DNA of 64,000 nucleotides, taken from contig NIVC01003722.1 of assembly GCA_002269645.1 (NCBI GenBank), positions 1 through 64,000 on the forward strand. Reading direction: 5' to 3'. A program made the translations under genes and the position numbers. Source of the stretch: Macrostomum lignano. Its lineage: Eukaryota. Under the pieces are notes generated by a model. The model saw nothing but the letters and a program-made list of their open reading frames with translations, was not told where the DNA came from and made no database searches. Below, in pieces: positions 13,701 through 27,285 of this stretch; the first letter of the stretch is position 1; every line of letters begins with the position of its first letter.

Positions 13701-16700
13701 TATGAGCCCCACTCTGATATGTGACTGTCTGCACAGGCATATGAGCCCCACTCTGATATGTGACTGTCTGCACAGGCATATGAGCCCCACTCTGCTATGT
13801 GAGTAACACGGATTGACCTCCAGCATCAACGGAGGCTAAAAACGCCCCAATAACTTGGCTAAGCAGCACCGCCGCCCCCCACTACAGGGCCTGTTCCGCC
13901 TGAACGGTCCCAGCGGTTCTGTGCAGAAGCTGGAGTCATTTCTAAACGTGATGCGAGCCGAGGCCGTTATTAACGACTTCGACAGCGCCACAGTGTGCGG
14001 CACGCTGAAAAAGTATCTGAAACAGCTGCCCGAGCCTCTGGTTAGCCAGGACCTGCTCAACGACTGGGCGGAGGCCTGCGACACAGCCGAGCCAGACAAT
14101 CGGCGATTCCGATTGCACGCCTGCTGCCAGCGGCTGCAGCAGGAGCGGCCCAGCCTGTACGCCAACCTGCGCCACCTGGTGAAATTCCTTGCCAGAGTGG
14201 CCCAGCACCAGGATCGCAACAAGATGTCGCCAAAGAATCTGGCTATCTGTATTGGACCGAATATAGCCGGCGGGGGCGGCCCAGTCGGCGTTAACGTTGA
14301 AGACCTGCAATCGGCTAATTTGGGCACTCTTATTGTTGAGAATCTGCTTCTAGTGCACGATTTCTGCTTTGGAGCCGAAGGTTAGTAGGAGCAGCTAGAA
14401 GAAATATGTTTCTGTGGCTAAAAATATTTTTTGATGAATTCTACGTATAATAGCTGATTTGTGCGTTTACCGTATGTATGTTCCATAAATTTTAATGTCC
14501 AATTTTATCTCACTTTCTGTGCGATATTTGTGAATCTTATTCGCTCCACCTCCCATTCTTCCCATCGATCCCCATTTTATCCCAATCTGGGATAATTCTG
14601 CCCTTTGCTCGCCTCCCTATTTGCCTCAATGAAACTGCGCTTGAGCAGCAGCGGCATGTAGCGGCGGCGCAGTTTCCCAGCCTCGGGATGCCGCCCAACT
14701 GCAGCAGCTGCAGCGGCGTCGCGAGTCCCTGCTCAGCCAGACGGAGCCTTCGACCGCTTCGTCGAATAGTTCTCCTACAGTCGCTTCGTTTGAGGCAAAA
14801 AAATTTCACGCCGAAGTTTGCGACACTGCGCTGACTTTGCACAGCCTGCGCGCCGGCAATGGCGGCGGCATGTCCGCCAGTCTCTACTGTCCAAGCGACA
14901 GGCGTCAGGAGCTAGAGTTTGTGCGAAGCGCGCGGCAAATTTACGAGAATCGGTTTCTTAAATCAGACACTGGCCATCAGCAGTCTGCTGCTCAGTTGGA
15001 AGCGGCCAGGCTGCTGCGGTATCGAGGTCAGAGCCTGTTGTATTGGCAGGGGTATCTAGCTATTCGTTCTTCGGGCTGGTTGCGGGCCTGCACTTTTATT
15101 ATTGATTGGGAACTGAACTGCAGATTTATCTGCGCTGATTAGTCCTCTGTCTTCTTTCATTTTTTTGTACTCTTCATGTATATAGTGTATATAGAACACC
15201 TGGGTTTCCAATAAGACACTGGGATATGAGACACCTTGTACACCTCAGTTTCCAATGAGACACCTTAAACACCTGGGTTTCCAATAAGACACCTTGAACA
15301 CCAGGGTTTCCAATGAGACACCTTGAACACCTGGGTTTCCCATGAGGCCCCTTGAACACCTGGGTTTCCAATGAGACACCTTGGACACCTCAGTTTTCAA
15401 TGAGACCCTTGAACACCTGGGTTTCCCATGAGGCCCCTTGAACACCTGGGTTTCCAATGAGACACCTTGGACACCTCAGTTTCCAATGAGACACCTTGGA
15501 CACCTCAGTTTCCAATGAGACGCCTTGAACACCTGGGTTTCCAATGAGACACCTTGAACACCTGGGTTTCCCATGAGGCCCCTTGAACACCTCAGTTTCC
15601 AATGAGACACCTTAAACACCTGGGTTTCCAATAAGACACCTTGAACACCAGGGTTTCCAATGAGACACCTTGAACACCTGGGTTTCCCATGAGGCCCCTT
15701 GAACACCTGGGTTTCCAATGAGACACCTTGGACACCTCAGTTTTCAATGAGACCCCTTGAACACCTGGGTTTCCCATGAGGCCCCTTGAACACCTGGGTT
15801 TCCAATGAGACACCTTGGACACCTCAGTTTCCAATGAGACACATTGGACACCTCAGTTTCCAATGAGACGCCTTGAACACCTGGGTTTCCAATGAGACAC
15901 CTTGAACACCTGGGTTTCCCATGAGGCCCCTTGAACACCTCAGTTTCCAATGAGACACCTTGGACACCTCAGTTTCCAATGAGACCCCTTGAACACCAGG
16001 GTTTCCAATGAGACCCCTTGAACACCAGGGTTTCCAATGAGACCCCTTGAACACCAGGGTTTCCAATGAGACCCCTTGAACACCAGGGTTTCCAATGAGA
16101 CCCCTTGAACACCAGGGTTTCCAATGAGACCCTTTGAACACCAGGGTTTCCAATGAGACCCCTTGAACACCAGGGTTTCCAATGAGACCCTTTGAACACC
16201 AGGGTTTCCAATGAGACCCCTTGAACACCAGGGTTTCCAATGAGACCCCTTGAACACCAGGGTTTCCAATGAGACCCCTTGAACACCAGGGTTTCCAATG
16301 AGACCCCTTGAACACCAGGGTTTCCAATGAGACCCCTTGAACACCAGGGTTTCCAATGAGACCCCTTGAACACCAGGGTTTCCAATGAGACCCCTTAAAC
16401 ACCTCAGTTTCCAATAAGACCCCTTGAACACCTCAGTTTTCAATGAGGGCCCCTTAAACAAAAATTAGGTATTTTTACTTATTTAAAAAACACACTATTT
16501 CAGCTTCTTTTCAGTTTCTTTTTTATTTTATCGAACTCTTCCTTTGTCCGTGCACCACTTATTACTTTTTCCCGCGGTACCAGTGCACTATTTTGTTACA
16601 GTATTATGTAATATTAGGCTGTGATATGCTGCTAATTGTTGTTCTGCTTTTAGTACTCCCGGGTATATCAGCTATCAGGCGTCAATTCCAGGGCCTAGTT

Positions 16701-19700
16701 AAAGATTATATCATAGGAGTTACTAAAAATAGCACTTTACTAGGCTACGTCACTAAACAAATAAATCACGAGATATATTTAAATATTGAATTTAAGCTCT
16801 GCTCTCTTCGCCCGCCGAGCCTCCAACTGCTGATTTAATTGTGTTGTCCGCTTCTTCCGTTGATAATCTGGATAATCCGGCCTACTTCGATGGTGCTGAT
16901 TTAGTGCATTTGAAATCCCTTAAAATCGCTTTGCTTTTACCTGTTAGTTAGATCATTCTATTTGTTCACCTGGCTTCTCACTTGAGTACAATCATAGCAT
17001 AACCTGAAGTAGAGGTTAGCAGCGGGGCCTGAAGTTTTTGTGGCAGCGGAGCCTAAAGTATTAGTGGCAGCAGGGCCTGACGTATTAGTGGCAGCGGCAC
17101 CTGAAGTATTAGTGGCAGCGGCGCCTGAAGTATTAGTGACAGCGGGGCCTGAAGTATTAGTGACAGCGGCACCTGAAGTATTAGTGGCAGCGGCACCTGA
17201 AGTTTTTGTGGCAGCGGAGCCTAAAGTATTAGTGGCAGCAGGGCCTGACGTATTAGTGGCAGCGGCACCTGAAGTATTAGTGGCAGCGGCGCCTGAAGTA
17301 TTAGTGACAGCGGGGCCTGAAGTATTAGTGACAGCGGCACCTGAAGTATTCGTGGCAGCGGCACCTGAAGTATTAGTGGCAGCGGGGCCTGAAGTATTAG
17401 TGGCAGTGGGGCCTGAAGTATTAGTGGCAGCGGCACCTGAAGTATTAGTGGCAGCGGCACCTGAAGTATTAGTGGCAGTGGGGCCTGAAGTATTAGTGGC
17501 AACGGGGCCTGACGTATTAGTGGCAGCGGCACCTGAAGTATTAGTGACAGCGGGGCCTGAAGTATTAGTGGCAGCGGCACCTGAAGTATTAGTGGCATTG
17601 GGGCCTGAAGTATTAGTGGCAGCGGCACCTGAAGTATTAGTGGCATTGGGGCCTGAAGTATTAGTGACAGTGGGGCCTGAAGTATTAGTGGCAGCGGGGC
17701 CTGAAGTATTAGTGGCAGCGGGGCCTGACGTATTAGTGGCAGCGGCACCTGAAGTATTAGTGGCATTGGGGCCTGAAGTATTAGTGGCAGCGGGGCCTGA
17801 AGTACGAGTATTAGTGGCAGCGGGGCCTGAAGTATTAGTGGCATTGGGGCCTGAAGTATTAGTGGCAGCGGGGCCTGAAGTATTAGTGGCAGCGGGGCCT
17901 GAAGTATTAGTGGCAGCGGGGCCTGAAGTAATAGTGACAGTGGGGCCTGAAGTATTAGTGACAGTGGGGCCTGAAGTATTAGTGGCAGCGGCACCTGAAG
18001 TATTAGTGGCAGCGGCACCTGACGTATTAGTGGCAGCGGCACCTGAAGTATTAGTGGCAGCGGCACCTGAAGTATTAGTGGCAGCGGCACCTGACGTATT
18101 AGTGGCAGCGGCACCTGAAGTAGAGATGGCAGCAGCTATGAGTACTGAATGACTAAGTGTAGACAGCAGTTTTCAGAGAATCTACACATATCAGTCTTGT
18201 TTGCATATTGGTGTATTGCTATTTCACTCTATTTTTGTTACCTTATTGTTAAAGCAAATTGTTTTATTGTATATCATGTCAAGTTTCTTCACCGTTGTTG
18301 TATTTTGAGTTATTGTTATGAATAATATTAGTATTAATAACAGCTGCAGAACAATTTAAAGCAACAATTAAATTCGCGTATTCACTTCTATTAAATACAT
18401 TCTCAGACACGGCCTACATGAGTTTGCCGCAGAATTTGTCCACACAGCAGCAGCAGCAGCAGCAGCAGCAACATCTGACGCTGCCACCAAAACCGAAGCT
18501 GCCGCTACAACGCCAATCGTCGGGCTCCGATAATCTTGCTGGAGGCGCGGCCGCAACTGCTGCTAAACAGCGTCAGACAATGCTGCTGGCTGACTCTACG
18601 GACGGGCCCGTGACCAGGAGAGAGTGAGTCTCTTCTTTCTTTAATTCCTTGCTTCGCTTCTGCTGTAAACTGTTCTGTTAGTCTCCACTAGTTTCATATG
18701 GCTACAGACTCGTGTCTAGCTCGTATTTTATCGGCCACTAGGGAATCACTGTCCCTGGCTTGCTTCATCACCTGTTATCTGTTATCAGTTCGCTACCTTT
18801 TATCTGTCTTCCATTTTCTGGTCTCGCTTCCTTTCCCAGCCTCTCCACTTGTTCTCCTACCCAGTGCTCAGTGCCCAGTGCCGGCTATCCCGTCCTCTCT
18901 GCCCGCTCTCTTACCCTCGATGCCCGCTTTCCCTCCCTGTCCGCTCTCCCGCCCTGTCCGCTCTCCCGCCCTGTCCGCTCTCCCGCCCTCCCTGTCCACT
19001 CTCCCGCCCTGTCCGCTCTCCCGCCCTCCCTGTCCACTCTCCCGCCCTGTCCGCTCTCCCGCCCTGTCCGCTCTCCCGCCCTGTCCGCTCTCCCGCCCTC
19101 CCTGTCCACTCTCCCGCCCTGTCCGCTCTCCCGCCCTCCCTGTCCACTCTCCCGCCCTGTCCGCTCTCCCGCCCGCCCTGTCCGCTCTCCCGCCCGCCCT
19201 GTCCGCTCTCCCGCCCGCCCTGTCCGCTCTCCCGCCCGCCCTGTCCACTCTCCCGCCCTTTAGGAAAAAGCTGCATCTCTCTGCCGCTCTCAAAAGCCAA
19301 GGAACTGCAGGATCTGGCTGCACTGCGAGCTACAGTGTTATCTTTTCATGCTACCGATTTTCATTCTGCACTTTCGTCTCAGCTTAAGATCCGAAAATAT
19401 TTTGCTGTCAATAATTGGCAGAGCAAAAACCAAAAACACCTGGGGACACAAAGGCGTTTTTCCCGTCTTTTTTCTCTGCTGGAGCTGCATCGGTTAAACA
19501 GAGAGTTAAAAAATAATTGCGCAATTTTCTTTTGCTTTTAACCAGCTGTGCCCAGCTAATCTCTGCTCGATTAGTTCTCAGTGGTCGAAATGATTAAATA
19601 TTGGTTTTTAGCCAGGGAGAGATGACTTTATAAATAGTTTAAGAAAGGCGTCATCGTCTGCCTAGAATAGAAGAAAAGGATTTGTGCAACTATTTTTCCC

Positions 19701-22700
19701 TTTTTCTGTTTTTTTAAATGGCTTTATTTAGATTTCCTGCGCGAAATAAGCAAATATTTTCGAGGTTAGCAATGGATGGCTAGGCAATTACCTACTCAAC
19801 TGAGATATCCACATGTGTGTGACAGTCTGATAGAAGTCAGTAGATTGGTGACTGGAGTTCAAAAGTCAGTAGATTGGTGACTGAAGTTCACAAGTCAGTA
19901 GATTGGTGACTGGAGTTCAAAAGTCAGTAGCTTGGTGACTGGAGTTCAAAAGTCAGTAGATTGGTGACTGAAGTTCACAAGTCAGTAGATTGGTGACTGG
20001 AGTTCACAAGTCAGTAGATTGGATGGTGACTGGAGTTCACAAGTCAGTAGATTGGTGACTGGAGTTCACAAGTCAGTAGATTGGATGGTGACTGGAGTTC
20101 ACAAGTCAGTAGATTGGTGACTGGAGTTCAAAAGTCAGTAGATTGGTGACTGAAGTTCACAAGTCAGTAGATTGGTGACTGGAGTTCAAAAGTCAGTAGA
20201 TTGGTGACTGAAGTTCACAAGTCAGTAGATTGGTGACTGAAGTTCAAAAGTCAGTAGATTGGTGACTGAAGTTCACAAGTCAGTAGATTGGATGGTGACT
20301 GGAGTTCACAAGTCAGTAGATTGGTGACTGGAGTTCACAAGTCAGTAGATTGGATGGTGACTGGAGTTCACAAGTCAGTAGATTGGTGACTGGAGTTCAC
20401 AAGTCAGTAGATTGGTGACTGAAGTTCACAAGTCAGTAGATTGGTGACTGGAGTTCACAAGTCAGTAGATTGGTGACTGGAGTTCACAAGTCAGTAGATT
20501 GGTGACTGGAGTTCACAAGTCAGTAGATTGGTGACTGGAGTTCAAAAGTCAGTAGATTGGTGACTGAAGTTCACAAGTCAGTAGATTGGTGACTGGAGTT
20601 CAAAAGTCAGTAGATTGGTGACTGAAGTTCACAAGTCAGTAGATTGGTGACTGGAGTTCACAAGTCAGTAGATTGGTGACTGGAGTTCAAAAGTCAGTAG
20701 ATTGGTGACTGAAGTTCACAAGTCAGTAGATTGGATGGTGACTGGAGTTCACAAGTCAGTAGATTGGTGACTGAAGTTCAAAAGTCAGTAGATTGGTGAC
20801 TGAAGTTCACAAGTCAGTAGATTGGTGACTGGAGTTCAAAAGTCAGTAGATTGGTGACTGAAGTTCACAAGTCAGTAGATTGGTGACTGGAGTTCAAAAG
20901 TCAGTAGATTGGTGACTGAAGTTCACAAGTCAGTAGATTGGTGACTGGAGTTCACAAGTCAGTAGATTGGTGACTGGAGTTCAAAAGTCAGTAGATTGGT
21001 GACTGAAGTTCACAAGTCAGTAGATTGGATGGTGACTGGAGTTCACAAGTCAGTAGATTGGTGACTGGAGTTCACAAGTCAGTAGATTGGATGGTGACTG
21101 GAGTTCACAAGTCAGTAGATTGGTGACTGAAGTTCAAAAGTCAGTAGATTGGTGACTGGAGTTCACAAGTCAGTAGATTGGTGACTGGAGTTCAAAAGTC
21201 AGTAGATTGGTGACTGAAGTTCACAAGTCAGTAGATTGGTGACTGGAGTTCACAAGTCAGTAGATTGGTGACTGGAGTTCAAAAGTCAGTAGATTGGTGA
21301 CTGGAGTTCACAAGTCAGTAGATTGGATGGTGACTGGAGTTCACAAGTCAGTAGATTGGTGACTGAAGTTCAAAAGTCAGTAGATTGGTGACTGGAGTTC
21401 ACAAGTCAGTAGATTGGTGACTGGAGTTCAAAAGTCAGTAGATTGGTGACTGAAGTTCACAAGTCAGTAGATTGGTGACTGGAGTTCACAAGTCAGTAGA
21501 TTGGTGACTGAAGTTCACAAGTCAGTAGATTGGTGACTGGAGTTCACAAGTCAGTAGATTGGATGGTGACTGGAGTTCACAAGTCAGTAGATTGGTGACT
21601 GAAGTTCACAAGTCAGTAGATTGGTGACTGGAGTTCACAAGTCAGTAGATTGGTGACTGGAGTTCAAAAGTCAGTAGATTGGTGACTGGAGTTCACAAGT
21701 CAGTAGATTGGATGGTGACTGGAGTTCACAAGTCAGTAGATTGGTGACTGGAGTTCACAAGTCAGTAGATTGGATGGTGACTGGAGTTCAAAAGTCAGTA
21801 GATTGGTGACTGGAGTTCACAAGTCAGTAGATTGGTGACTGGAGTTTACTACAAGTCAGATTGTTGACAGTTTCCCACTAGATTTTGATTGACTATCAGC
21901 ACCGGACAGTCAATGGCTTCCTAATCAGCGCAAATGCGCGTTGCTTTGCATTTACAATCCCGACAGGAAGAATAGCATCAGCCATTTGGTCGGCAAGCTC
22001 AAGTCCAAAGGCAGTCTGAAAATTAACCGGTTCGGCCAAACAGAATTTCTTTGATTGCCTTACCTGCATTCTTTTGTCACACAATATGGTTGCTAGTTCA
22101 ATAACTGGGTCCACTATAATGCTATAAATATATCAGATAGCTATTGCATCAGTTTCCTATCAAATTATTTCGTAAAGAGTAATTCGCCGATTCCAATATT
22201 TAGTGATAAATTTTGAATCATTTTTTCACATTTAATTACTAGCTATTTTTTAAAAATAGTTCGGTTTTTGTAGACGAAAATAATCGAATGAAATCCTAAA
22301 CAAAAATTTGGGCGTGCATTGAACTTTTTTGTCTAAGAACCAGCGTCAACCAATTCATTAAAATTTCCATATTTTTTCAATAATTCTACTTTAACAAACT
22401 TTTTTGACAAAAAAATTAATGAGAAAGATCTGGTTAGATACACAAGAACGAATTCGTTTAGTAGATGATTTTAAAGGCACTAATCTATGGCTACTACTGA
22501 CGAAGCCAGTCAGTAGCCAAGTTGGACCGTTATCACCCCAAAATGCATGGGACAGCATGTTTTGACAGTTTTTCAATTGATTTTCCTGCAGCAGCATCAC
22601 CGGCGAACAGCAGCAACAACAGCATGAGATTGAATGTTCACCGGCTTCAGCAACTAAAATATGTGTACGATTGTATAATTATTTTTAGACAAACAACTAG

Positions 22701-24869
22701 CCGTACTCAAAATCAGTTCAAATGCGATGCCTCACTGGCTCACTTTTCTAATTTACTGTTCTTTTTATTATACAATTTCCTCCCTACCTGGTAAATGGCT
22801 GCTCAGTGTACTGTCACAATGGTTTGAATTATTCTATTTTTGCTTACATTTAAGGGCGATTTGCATGAGTAGAGTAGCTTAGTAGGGTATCTGTGTATAT
22901 TTTTCATTCACTTAAAAATGCATTAAATCTCGCAGTCCATTAGACATTTGCTAAAAAATAGCTAGATCTGGATTAATTTTCGTGCATACAGACGTGTAGA
23001 GCTTAATGAATTTTCGATTTGAAAATAATACGAAGCGTTTTTGTACTGAAGTAAATTTTTATCAGTCAATGTACACACACCCCAGATCAACCCTCATGAA
23101 TCACATTGTACACACACCCCAGATCAAACCCATGAATCACATTGTACACATCCCAGATCAACCCCATGAATCACAATGTACACACACCCCAGATCAACCC
23201 TCATGAATCACATTGTACACACACCCCAGATCAACCCTCATGAATCACATTGTACACACACCCCAGATCAACCCTCATAAATCACAATGTACACACCCCA
23301 GATCAACCCTCATGAATCACATTGTACACACACCCCAGATCAAACCCATGAATCACATTGTACACATCCCAGATCAACCCCATGAATCACATTGTACACA
23401 CACCCCAGATCAACCCTCATGAATCACATTGTACACACACCCCAGATCAACCCTCATAAATCACAATGTACACACCCCAGATCAACCCCCATGAATCACA
23501 TTGTACACACGCCCCAGATCAACCCTCATAAATCAATGTACACACTCCAGATCAACCCTCATGAATCACAATGTACACACCCCAGATCAACCCTCATAAA
23601 TCAATGTACACACTCCAGATCAACCCTCATGAATCACAATGTACACACCCCAGATCAACCCTCATAAATCACAATGTACACACTCCAGATCAACCCTCAT
23701 GAATCACAATGTACACACCCCAGATCAACCCTCATAAATCACAATGTACACACTCCAGATCAACCCTCATGAATCACAATGTACACACCCCAGATCAACC
23801 CCCATGAATCACAATGTACACACACTCCAGATCAACCCTCATGAATCACAATGTACACACACTCCAGATCAACCCTCATAAATCACAATGTACACACCCA
23901 GATCAACACCCATGAATCACATTGTACACACACCCCAGATCAACCCTCATAAATCACAATGTACACGCCCCAGATCAACCCTCATAAATCACAATGTACA
24001 CACGCCCCAGATCAACCCTCATGAATCACAATGTACACGCCCCAGATCAACCCTCATAAATCACAATGTACACACGCCCCAGATCAACCCTCATAAATCA
24101 CAATGTACACACGCCCCAGATCAACCCTCATAAATCACAATGTACACACGCCCCAGATCAACCTCCATGAGGCACAATGTACACACACCCCAGATCAACC
24201 CCATGAATCACAATGTACACACGCCCCAGATCAAACCCCTCTTCTCCCAAATGCGTAGGCTAATTCCTTAAACTGTGGTGGTTGTCATTCAGCTGATTTA
24301 TGAATATACATGCATTTTAAGTCTTCCTCTTTTCACTCTACGGAGATGGGTACCTTAAGCACGCGCGTCACGTTTATTTTTTCAATACTGATGATTACTC
24401 AGTTTCGTCATCACATTCACAATAAATCCATCATTAGTGTTGTATCTAAACCCAGCCCTTCTTTTAACGCCGTTGCCAATTTTAGCCCGCGGTACCACCC
24501 AGACCCGCCCGCCGCCCGGCCGGCCACGGCCTTCCTGCCCGCCAGCTCGCCCGCCCGACCTAGAAAAGCGGCTCCGCCACCGCCGCCGCCCACTCAGCAA
24601 CAGCAGCGAAATCATACTGAACAGGCTGAACCTGTGCAGCAACAGCAGCCCCACCAGCCTTCACCGTCACCTGCGCAGCAGCCTCCGCCGCCCCAGCAAC
24701 CGCCTCAGCAGCCTCCGCCGCCTCCACCGCCACAGCAGCAGCAACAGCAACAGCCACATCAGCCGCCGCCTCCGCAGCAGCCTCCGCCACCTCCACCTCC
24801 ACAGCAGCAGCAACAGCAACAGCCACATCAGCCGCCGCCTCCGCAGCAGCCTCCGCCGCCTCCACCGCC

Positions 24870-24906
<37 letters not shown>

Positions 24907-25173
24907 CCACATCAGCCGCCGCCTCCGCAGCAGCCTCCGCCGCCTCCACCGCCACAGCAGCAGCAGCAGCAGCAACAGCAGCAACAGCCACATCAGCCTC
25001 CACCAATTCCACCTAACAGGCCGCCCGCTCCGCCGTCATCAACGACCACCGCCGCCCCCCGCCTGGATCTGTCGCTAAGCGGCAAAGAGGAATCAGAGGC
25101 CGCTCTGCCAGCGCCGCTAGCTCCAACGCCGGCCAGACCGCGGCCGCCTCCGCCGCCGGTTCAGCCACCCCAG

Positions 25174-25210
<37 letters not shown>

Positions 25211-25308
25211 CTGGGCAGACCATGGGATCGCAGAATTCCGTGTCATCAAGCGGACCATCGATGGACTCGGTGTTCGCTGGCGAAAAGGAGGAGGTCACAA
25301 ACTTGTGA
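7721..25308 (+). CDS. BAR-domain Rho GTPase-activating protein, SH3BP1/ARHGAP17/ARHGAP44 (RICH/Nadrin) family, ~799 aa
   Basis: Exons 7721-7964, 8934-9556, 13888-14380, 18407-18623, 24486-25308; all GT-AG, phases consistent (total 2400 nt). BAR helices; YGVPLEEHL...EE|GLFRLNG, GTLKKYLKQLPEPL and NKMSPKNLAICIGPN RhoGAP motifs; Pro/Gln-rich tail ending EEVTNL (class I PDZ-binding type). The start is uncertain: cccag|G at 7720 could be an acceptor for an upstream exon. Confidence 0.9.
8118..8898. repeat. 15-bp minisatellite (ACTGACTGAGATTTC)n in RhoGAP intron 1
   Basis: Direct tandem repeats; explains the SQSVK and TEISL ORFs. Confidence 0.95.
9650..11785. repeat. 20-bp minisatellite (AGAAAGTGGCAGAGTGATTT)n in RhoGAP intron 2
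   Basis: About 2.1 kb of tandem copies with recurrent variant units. Confidence 0.95.
12161..12512 (+). mobile_element. tRNA-headed SINE-like repeat, copy 1
   Basis: A-box-like TAGGCTAGTGG and B-box-like GGCTCGATTCCC (12212-12223); body similar to 28571-28883 and partly to 34573-34640. Confidence 0.6.
12968..13803. repeat. 39-bp minisatellite (CTCTGATATGTGACTGTCTGCACAGGCATATGAGCCCCA)n
   Basis: Tandem copies; explains the 13-aa repeat ORFs. Confidence 0.95.
15192..16460. repeat. 29-bp minisatellite (GAACACCAGGGTTTCCAATGAGACCCCTT)n
   Basis: Heterogeneous units in the 5' part, homogeneous units from ~15990. Confidence 0.95.
17005..18125. repeat. 24-bp minisatellite (CCTGAAGTATTAGTGGCAGCGGGG)n
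   Basis: Tandem copies; explains the PEVLVAAG ORF. Confidence 0.95.
18925..19258. repeat. Pyrimidine-rich ~18-bp repeat (CCGCCCTGTCCGCTCTCC)n
   Basis: C-rich tandem units with CCCT/CCCG insertions. Confidence 0.9.
19831..21860. repeat. 29-bp minisatellite (AAGTCAGTAGATTGGTGACTGGAGTTCAC)n with 33-bp GGAT-insertion variants
   Basis: About 2 kb tandem array. Confidence 0.95.
23066..24235. repeat. ~37-40-bp minisatellite (AATGTACACACACCCCAGATCAACCCTCATGAATCAC)n
   Basis: Tandem copies with variable AC number. Confidence 0.9.
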
Positions 25309-25911
25309 GCTGCTACTGGCCCCATGCAGACATCGGATGCTATTATTCATCAGCATTCTGTGATTAACTTCACTATCCGGGAGACTTGGTCATCTTTCTC
25401 TATTTGGTTCTTTACGCCTGTTAATTATATATATTTTTTATTTTAGCTGTCGGCATTAGCTTAAACTTTCCAGACACCATAACTTTTCCAATAGGCCATT
25501 TCTTATTTCACAATCAGCGCACTAACCGTTTGTTAATTGGTCATTCCACGGTTTCAATTTATATTTTTCCGTTTCTTTATAAGCCTCTATCAATATTGAT
25601 CGTTCGGCATTGCATCAGTTGCTGTTGCCGGTTCCTTCCATTTTTTAGATGCCGAGATTTTTTTATTATTGTGATATTAGACAAAATTCAATTTATCAAT
25701 ATCCCTAGCTTTCTATGGTACGATGCTCGTAATTCCCAACCTTATTGAACTGCTGTTGATGCTTCTGTGATTTCTTGATAGCAAATTGTTCCTTGCATGT
25801 TCACACACCCACTCAATGTGAGTCGGTTGTGTTGTATGGCATGACTGACTTCGCTCTGTTTCTTTGTTATTAGATTAAAATGTACTTTTCTAGCTTACTT
25901 TTGACTGAAAT

Positions 25912-26404
25912 CTGCAGATTGGTTATCCTAATGTGTTGAGATCTGCAGATTGATTATCCTAATGTGTTGAGATCTGCAGATTGATTATCCTAATGTGTTG
26001 AGATCTGCAGATTGGTTATCCTAATGTGTTGAGATCTGCAGATTGATTATCCTAATGTGTTGCGATCTGCAGATTGATTATCCTAATGTGTTGAGATCTG
26101 CAGATTGGTTATCCTAATGTGTTGCGATCTGCAGATTGATTATCCTAATGTGTTGCCATCTGCAGATTGATTATCCTAATGTGTTGAGATCTGCAGATTG
26201 GTTATCCTAATGTGTTGAGATCTGCAGATTGATTATCCTAATGTGTTGAGATCTGCAGATTGATTATCCTAATGTGTTGAGATCTGCAGATTGGTTATCC
26301 TAATGTGTTGCGATCTGCAGATTGGTTATCCTAAGGTGTTGAGATCTGCAGATTGATTATCCTAATGTGTTGCGATCTGCAGATTGATTATCCTAATGTG
26401 TTGC
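25912..26404. repeat. 31-bp minisatellite (GAGATCTGCAGATTGATTATCCTAATGTGTT)n
   Basis: Tandem copies. Confidence 0.95.
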
Positions 26405-26919
26405 GAGTGTCATCTTTCCGATCGCTGAGAGTTGCGCAGCCGATGCTGCGGTTGATATTAAGCTCTGCACTTTAGCCAGTTTGTTGTCAACACCTCCTCC
26501 AGAAAAGTTTTATTCATTCAGCTTTTGAAACTTAGCTAGTTATTAAAATCGAGTTTAAACGCTATGTATTCGTGCTCAAAAAACTGACTCAAAGCCTTCG
26601 TTTCTATGCGAGATCAACTGGTGGCCAAGTGTGCTGTTAGTTTTTATTATCGAATGCTCCACTCCCAGCCTTAGAGCCGCTTTATTCATGCAGTGATTAT
26701 CCCTCTCGTAATGTTTTATTCTTATATAAATAATTTTGATGTTTGAAAACACTTGCGTATAAATATATATATTTAAAATCATGCTATTATTATTCACTAC
26801 ACAAGGTTGAACACTACACTGATTTGTTGCGACTTGGGCTCGTATTTTTACATAATTGAACTTGACTTGACTCAGCATTGACTTGCTTGCTTGAATTTCT
26901 TTTTGCTTTTCAATTTTCC

Positions 26920-27285
26920 TCAGCCTGTCACTCCCTCACCCACTCAGCCTGTCACTCCTTTACCCACTCAGCCTGTCACTCCTTCATCCACTCAGTCTGT
27001 CACTCCCTCACCCACTCAGCCTGTCACTCCCTCACCCACTCAGCCTGTCACTCCCTCACCCGCTCAGCCTGTCACTCCCTCACCCGCTCAGCCTGTCACT
27101 CCCTCACCCACTCAGCCTGTCACTCCTTTACCCACTCAGCCTGTCACTCCTTCATCCACTCAGTCTGTCACTCCCTCACCCACTCAGCCTGTCACTCCCT
27201 CACCCACTCAGCCTGTCACTCCCTCACCCGCTCAGCCTGTCACTCCCTTACCCACTCAGCCTGTCACTCCTTCAACCACTCAGCT
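26920..27285. repeat. 24-bp minisatellite (CACTCAGCCTGTCACTCCCTCACC)n
   Basis: Tandem copies; explains the TQPVTPSP and HSACHSLT ORFs. Confidence 0.9.

Noticed and set aside
19831-21860. Regular ~29-37-bp repeats that could be mistaken for CRISPR arrays (also 45421-45845)
   Set aside because: No unique spacers, no cas genes, and a eukaryotic intronic/intergenic context.
7802-26404. Long repetitive ORFs (SQSVK, CRQSHIRVGLI, PEVLVAAG, ETLVFKGSHW, etc.)
   Set aside because: They are translations of intronic minisatellites, open in several frames and strands, with no splice or domain support.
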